A DNA stretch of 64,000 nucleotides from NCBI RefSeq assembly GCF_009914755.1, contig NC_060935.1, one strand, 5' to 3'. Source of the DNA: the human T2T-CHM13v2.0 reference genome, Homo sapiens. The position numbers and the translations under genes were made by a program. Below, piece after piece: positions 58,998 to 64,000 of this stretch. Each line of letters opens with the position of its first letter. Positions within the stretch are counted from its first letter, which is position 1. The notes below the pieces were generated by a model. It was not told the DNA's origin. It saw nothing but the letters and a program-made list of their open reading frames with translations, and made no database searches.

Positions 58998-59559
58998 GCC
59001 TGTTGGATTCCTAAGGGTTAAATGTGGTAGGTTCTACCCCATTACTGTGAGTCATGCAATATTTCTCAAGTGTGCCCATGGGATGTTAGCCCCATAAAAA
59101 CTGTCCCAGGAGAACATGGTTTTTGTGGTTAAACAAGACTGGGGAATTGTATTTGCTTTTCTTTTCCTGGAGATTAGTAATGTACCCGCTTTGTAAAAGT
59201 TCCCAACTCTCACAGTAGAGAAACCTATTAACTTTGTTTTAATCCAGTGACCCCAAATTTATTTGGCTAAAGCCTCCCCTCCTTTTTTCTTTGATAAATG
59301 AGTAACATCTATTATTAGGTTTGTGCCTGAATCCCTGTGTTGTTCAAGGATCAGCTGCCATCCTAAACATGCCTTCCAGCTCTAAAGTGAGAGCTACATG
59401 AATTTGGGCAGCCACTCAGTCTCTCTGGGTTTTTCTTTTCTTGTTTGTCAAATGGGAGATACATTTCTAAAGTTCGTGGTGACATTTCCACAGGTTTCCT
59501 CTAGTAGTACCAGGTGGAAGAAAGAGCAGTAGCATGATAGGCCCAGTAGCATGATGGGC

Positions 59560-59644
59560 TGCTGGACTAGGTAGGTGTCCCTGCTTTGTTACCCAAGTAG
59601 ACAAAAAATGGGGCACTACAGCTGAGAAACCCATTGTCTCAGTT
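59560..59644 (+). repeat. Dispersed direct repeat, copy A (partner 62836-62919)
   Basis: gactaggtaggtgtcc...aaatggggcacta(c/g)agctgagaaacc, ~88% identity. Confidence 0.92.
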
Positions 59645-59734
59645 ATATTTCAGTTCATCCTTGTTTCATAGGATGAATTGAAATACAATTCATAGAACTA
59701 GTGTCTAAGCAATAAACTTGGAGAACCACCGGAG

Positions 59735-59950
59735 AGCGGTCAAGAATATAAATGCCAGAATCAGGCTCAAGACTTAGATTTGTTGACTTTGAATAAGTAA
59801 CTAAGCCTCTCTGAGCCTGAATTTCCTCATCTGTGAGACAGCAATATAATGCTACTTGCTTCAGAGGATTAACTGAAATACTATAGATAAAGTGTTTAGC
59901 ACAGGGCCTGGGGTATAGTAATAACTCAATAAATGTGAGTGTCTATCATT
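59735..59950 (+). mobile_element. MIR
   Basis: ctctctgagcctgaatttcctcatctgtg...aaagtgtttagcacagggcctgg. Confidence 0.8.
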
Positions 59951-60012
59951 ATCATCATCATAATTATTATTTTAATTATCATAAAGCCAATGACTTCTTA
60001 TGTCATGTTTAG

Positions 60013-60097
60013 AGATCATTTGGGGGGAATGATGATCTTGAGTCTAACAAAGAAGATGAAGTTGAAAAGCTGTTGACCTTTATAAAAATCAGCCCTG
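60013..60097 (+). other. Candidate coding exon (85 nt), product unknown
   Basis: tttag| ... CTG|gtaaga. Only one frame is open: RSFGGNDDLESNKEDEVEKLLTFIKISP. The acceptor pyrimidine tract is weak. Confidence 0.3.
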
Positions 60098-60603
60098 GTA
60101 AGAAAGTTGATTTTTTTCTCAGCTTCTAAGAACTCTGGAAATTGACATTTACTAAATCCAGTTATTCTGAACCATGGGAAACTGTTTCGCATCTGTCAAT
60201 AATTTCTTCAGGCTGGCCATAAGCTATTAAGTTTACCCAATTAAGCCAAAAGTGGCCAGTGAAATTCTCCATTTCAAAAGACATTTCACAGTTACTGGCT
60301 TACCTCTGGGAGTGTGGAGTTAGGGCAGCAGAGAGACAGCAAGGGATAGGGCAAGGGGAAATGATAGGAAATTCCCGAGAAGCACCGATGTGTCCTTTTT
60401 AGATGCATGTACCACAGAAGAGTCTGCAGTGGCTGCAGAGTCCACTGACAACTTGGCAAATCAAAGCACAGCTTCCACAGCACCAATCCTCAGGAGGATG
60501 GAAAGTAAGACCGCATTCCAGAGAATGATATGCACAGACTCTTGGTGACTGCCCAGGTGGGTTGGTTGAATAGTTGTCCCTGCTAGTACAAGGGAGAAAA
60601 TTC

Positions 60604-61442
60604 AGAACATGGAATAGGTTTTCAGGCCATATTTCATAGGGCTCTATATTAGAGAACTTCCAAATAGTTATTTGAAAATTCAAATATGATTTCAGGCCAT
60701 ATTTCATAGGGCTCTATTATTATTTGTTACTGTAACAAAGACAGTAAAGGGAGGGAGCTGCCACTTACAAGCATCAGAAAAGCACTAGTCTAGTACAGGG
60801 GGTTACAGATCTATGGGTCTTTATTGCTCTCACCTTCATAGAGACAGCAGACCTATTATGTGTCCATCAGAGAGAGGGCTGAACAGACATCTTTCCCTCT
60901 AATAGCACAACATCTCAGCAAGGCATTGTGAATACAGACATAGCCACTCAACAGGGCATAGGAGGAGATAGAAAGGCATGTGATACAAGTGGGGGTGGTA
61001 AAGAGCAATGACTCTGAAGTCCCACAGACCCAGGTCTTGATTCCAGCTCTCTCGCTAAGAAGTTCTGTTAAATAGATAAGTTTCCTAAATGTTTCTGCAC
61101 CTCAGATTCTTTACGCCTAAAATGGGGTTAAAACAGCATCAACGGCATAGAATGGTTGTGAGGATCAGGTAAGATAATAATTAGCACAGTGTCTGTCATG
61201 GAGTAGGCATCTATTTCAGTTATGTCATAATTATTAACATAGTATAAGGAAAGGTCTGAGAGGCCTAGAGTAGCTGGAGAAAGCTTCACGGGGAAAAGTG
61301 GGGTTCCCTGGCCTTGAAAGAGGCTAGCAGCAGAGAAACAGCGTGGAAGTAAAAACCCTAAGGGATGCAGAGTCAGAGTACCCTAGTTGGACAAAGAGAA
61401 TATGAAATAGGTTTTCAGGCCATATTTCATAGGCCTCTATAT
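60604..61442 (+). repeat. Three copies of a hairpin-forming motif (60604-60649, 60690-60717, 61397-61442)
   Basis: TTTCAGGCCATATTTCATAGG(G/C)CTCTAT occurs three times. Confidence 0.95.
60990..61220 (+). mobile_element. MIR
   Basis: ggtggtaaagagcaatgactctg...ggttgtgaggatc...ttagcacagtgtctg. Confidence 0.7.
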
Positions 61443-61539
61443 CTTTTGATATCTCTGTCTCTATCTCTACCTTCACTGCTGTCCATATCTGTACCTACTG
61501 AATTCCAAGTGAGATTGTAAGTTCCTTAAATTAAAGACT

Positions 61540-62080
61540 TCTGGGGCTCACCAGCACCTTTACATTTTACAGAAATCTCTTTGGCTGATCTATGGCCAAA
61601 GGATTGAAGAGCAAAATGAGACTGAGATACTTGGAGGGCTGTTGTAGGGGCAGAGGCGAAGGGTGATGGACATTTAGAAGAAAGTGACAATAGACTGGGT
61701 GGGAGCAGTGGTCAGATTCAAGATGTATTGTGGAGGTAGAATCCACAGGGGATTGAATGTGGGAAGTGAGAAGAGAGAAGAATCAAAGATGACTCACAGG
61801 TTTTAGATGCCATCTAGGGCATGGACTGAAGGGATTTGGGGTGAACATCAAGGGTTTGGGGCATATTCATATTGAAATGCTGTGAGACATTCAAGAGGAA
61901 ACTTCAGAGAGGCAATTAGTTATTTGGCTCAGAAATGTAGAATAAATATCTGGGCTGGAGAGAGACACTTGAGGAATACTCATAGTCATGATTATACATA
62001 AATGGATGGATGGCTCTGAAAGCCATGGGGATGATGAAATCTGCAAGGGAGAGAACATGAAATGACAAAAGAAGCAGGGT
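61540..62080 (-). mobile_element. L2 fragment
   Basis: gtcagattcaagatgtattgtggaggtagaatccacagg...agaatcaaagatgactc. Confidence 0.65.
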
Positions 62081-62835
62081 CTTTTTAAATCAACTGCCGC
62101 TGGGTTTCTTCCTGCACTCCTTTAGGAAAATAAATGTGCATCACAGGGTCCAGCCACTTCAGAATATTTGTGCAACCCCAAATTTAGTAGTTAAATCTCC
62201 CCAGTTAGATTGTGTGCTTCTTGCAAACAGGTAAAATTGTCTTATCCTTCTTTTGTACCCCTTCCCTCGACACCTACTTGGTGGAGTTCATGAATTGGAG
62301 CTAATGAAATCAAGGTATTGGGTTGAATACCTTGGGTGGACTGCTTAATTCATGGGCCCATGCAGGGCTGCTTCCTAGACCAGTCATCTCTCAGACATTG
62401 TTGATTTGGGAGAAAGTAGGGAGAGAGGAACAAGATAGGAGGTATGAATGGAAGTACCTGGCCCCATTACTGGACAGTCAATACCAAGAGAATATGCCCT
62501 TTGTGGTCATCAGCTGTATCCTCTTCAGATGTGAGACACTGCTCCAAGACTGTGAATGCTACTCACTCCAGAGTGTCTTTCCTGAAAGGGGATAGTTTCC
62601 ACTATCTGAGTCACAGAAGGGGCCGCTGAGCAAACCCAGTGAAGAAATGGCCACACAGTACCTGCCCCCATAGTGCCCTGTGTGTCCTAAAGCACATGGA
62701 ACAGCATCAGAAATGGGAAAGAGCCAGAAATTCAGTGCAACAATGGTGAGGGAGGTGATGGGAACTTATCTTTTTAAAGATCCATCCACTGAGTTTTCTG
62801 GTAAATTGAAGAGGGCCCAAATCTTCTCTTCCAGA

Positions 62836-62919
62836 TGCTAGACTAGGTAGGTGTCCTTGTTTTGTTTCCCAAGTAGGTAAAAATGGGGCACTAGAGCTGA
62901 GAAACCCTTTGTCCCAGTT
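62836..62919 (+). repeat. Dispersed direct repeat, copy B (partner 59560-59644)
   Basis: Matches 59560-59644 at ~88% identity, with about 10 differences by manual count. Confidence 0.92.
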
Positions 62920-63914
62920 GCAATTTGAAAGAATGAAATCATCTGCTACAAAATTGTGAGCAGGAAGTGAAACTTATCCATGGTTGACTCCTGGGGCCGT
63001 GAGCCACCTGGCACATAGAAGTAAGTGTGCTGCCAGTCCTCTCATCCGCACTCATGACAGACATCAGTAATGGATTCCTGCACTCTTCCCCATCAAGCCT
63101 GGACAAGGCCTCACAGTTCTCAAAACAGAGTGGCCAATCGATCAGTACTGGAGCTCTAAATGAAGCCTATTTGCCATCCTGGTGGTGGGTGTTCAGTAAA
63201 TGTTGTATGATTGGGTGAGTAAATGAATAATTACTTACCTTACTTACCTAATGCCTGAGCCAGTGACCAAAACAGGGCCTGTATAGTGTACAAAGTCCAT
63301 AAATACTTGTTGACTGGATGGGTGAGTATGACGGTGAGGCCATGGGAAGACCAGTGACCCTTCCTGCATATTAGTGCATTGCTGAAGTGGGGCAAAGCTG
63401 AAGGACGCGTTTGCTTCAAAGCATGAGCTTTGATTCCTGACACATCCATGCTGTGTCTTTCTCACCACAGGGAGGGTTGGGGGAGCTGAATGGAATGACT
63501 CAGGCAGCTGGCCCTAGGTGATGTGGAGTCCAAGGTCTCTGGGGAGGCTCTGACTGGGGGCTGCAAGGGTTGGGGTACAGAATCTTTGGAGCAGGATGAT
63601 CTCTGGCTATTTGAGTTTTTTCTGTTCTTTAAGGGAGGAAAAAGATGTATGAACAAAAACTGTCAGAACTGTGATCAGAGACATGGGCAGTTTTATGTGC
63701 AGGAAAGAGCATGATGCTGGGAGTCAGGAGACCTAGACTGAGTCCCAGCCCTGTCAGCCACACGCTCATTCAGGGTGCCCTTATCATCTCTGGACCCCCC
63801 AGGCTCTCCACTGTTTGTCAGGATCTGTGGAGGGTCTGGAGGGGGGGGGGTCCAGAGATGATAAGATTGTCCCCAAGCAAGGAGCTTTGTAATCTACCTG
63901 GGGATGAGTAAATG

Positions 63915-64000
63915 CAGTTGACCAACAAGGATTTGAAATGCATGGGTCCACTTATATGTGAATTTTCTTCTGCCTCTATCATCCTTGAGACAACAAAACC
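63915..64000 (+). mobile_element. Tigger2-family (MER28/MER8-like) left end, running off the window
   Basis: CAGTTGAC...gggtccacttatatgtgaattttcttctgcctct...ccttgagaca. Confidence 0.75.

Noticed and set aside
56555-59014. Many long Pro/Gly/Arg-rich ORFs
   Set aside because: Artefacts of the stop-poor, GC-rich SVA VNTR, Alu-like and SINE-R regions.
59060-59275. Possible old hAT (MER103/MER5-like) fragment
   Set aside because: Too degenerate to assign without a search.
60604-61442. CRISPR-like repeat/spacer array
   Set aside because: Eukaryotic context, only three unequal copies, irregular spacing and no cas genes.

Overview
Primate DNA, almost certainly human: it contains an AluYb8 and an SVA with SVA_E/F-type features. 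The window is intronic or intergenic and dominated by nested transposable elements: about 20 Alus, several L1s from ancient L1ME/L1MC to L1PA, solo LTRs (LTR9-like, MLT2, LTR33-like, THE1, MER21, MER57, MLT1), DNA transposons (MER58, MER5A, Tigger2), L2/MIR/CR1 relics and one full-length SVA. I cannot support a complete protein-coding gene; the longest listed ORFs are L1, SVA or simple-repeat remnants. The structure that repeat annotation does not explain is a set of locally templated copies. (1) A ~255-bp segment from 27.2-27.4 kb is pasted, inverted, into the MER21 LTR 24.4 kb away. (2) An 85-bp copy and a hairpin-forming 46-bp copy with fold-back filler lie at 59.5-62.9 kb. Other notable architecture: a twin-primed L1PA with an exact 8-bp junction microhomology, a near full-length ancient L1MC1 splitting an LTR33, a 3'-truncated L1 with a TSD, a 504-bp higher-order duplication in the SVA VNTR, and two phase-compatible candidate exons. 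Subfamily names come from recalled consensus motifs, not from a search. Boundaries of old elements are approximate.
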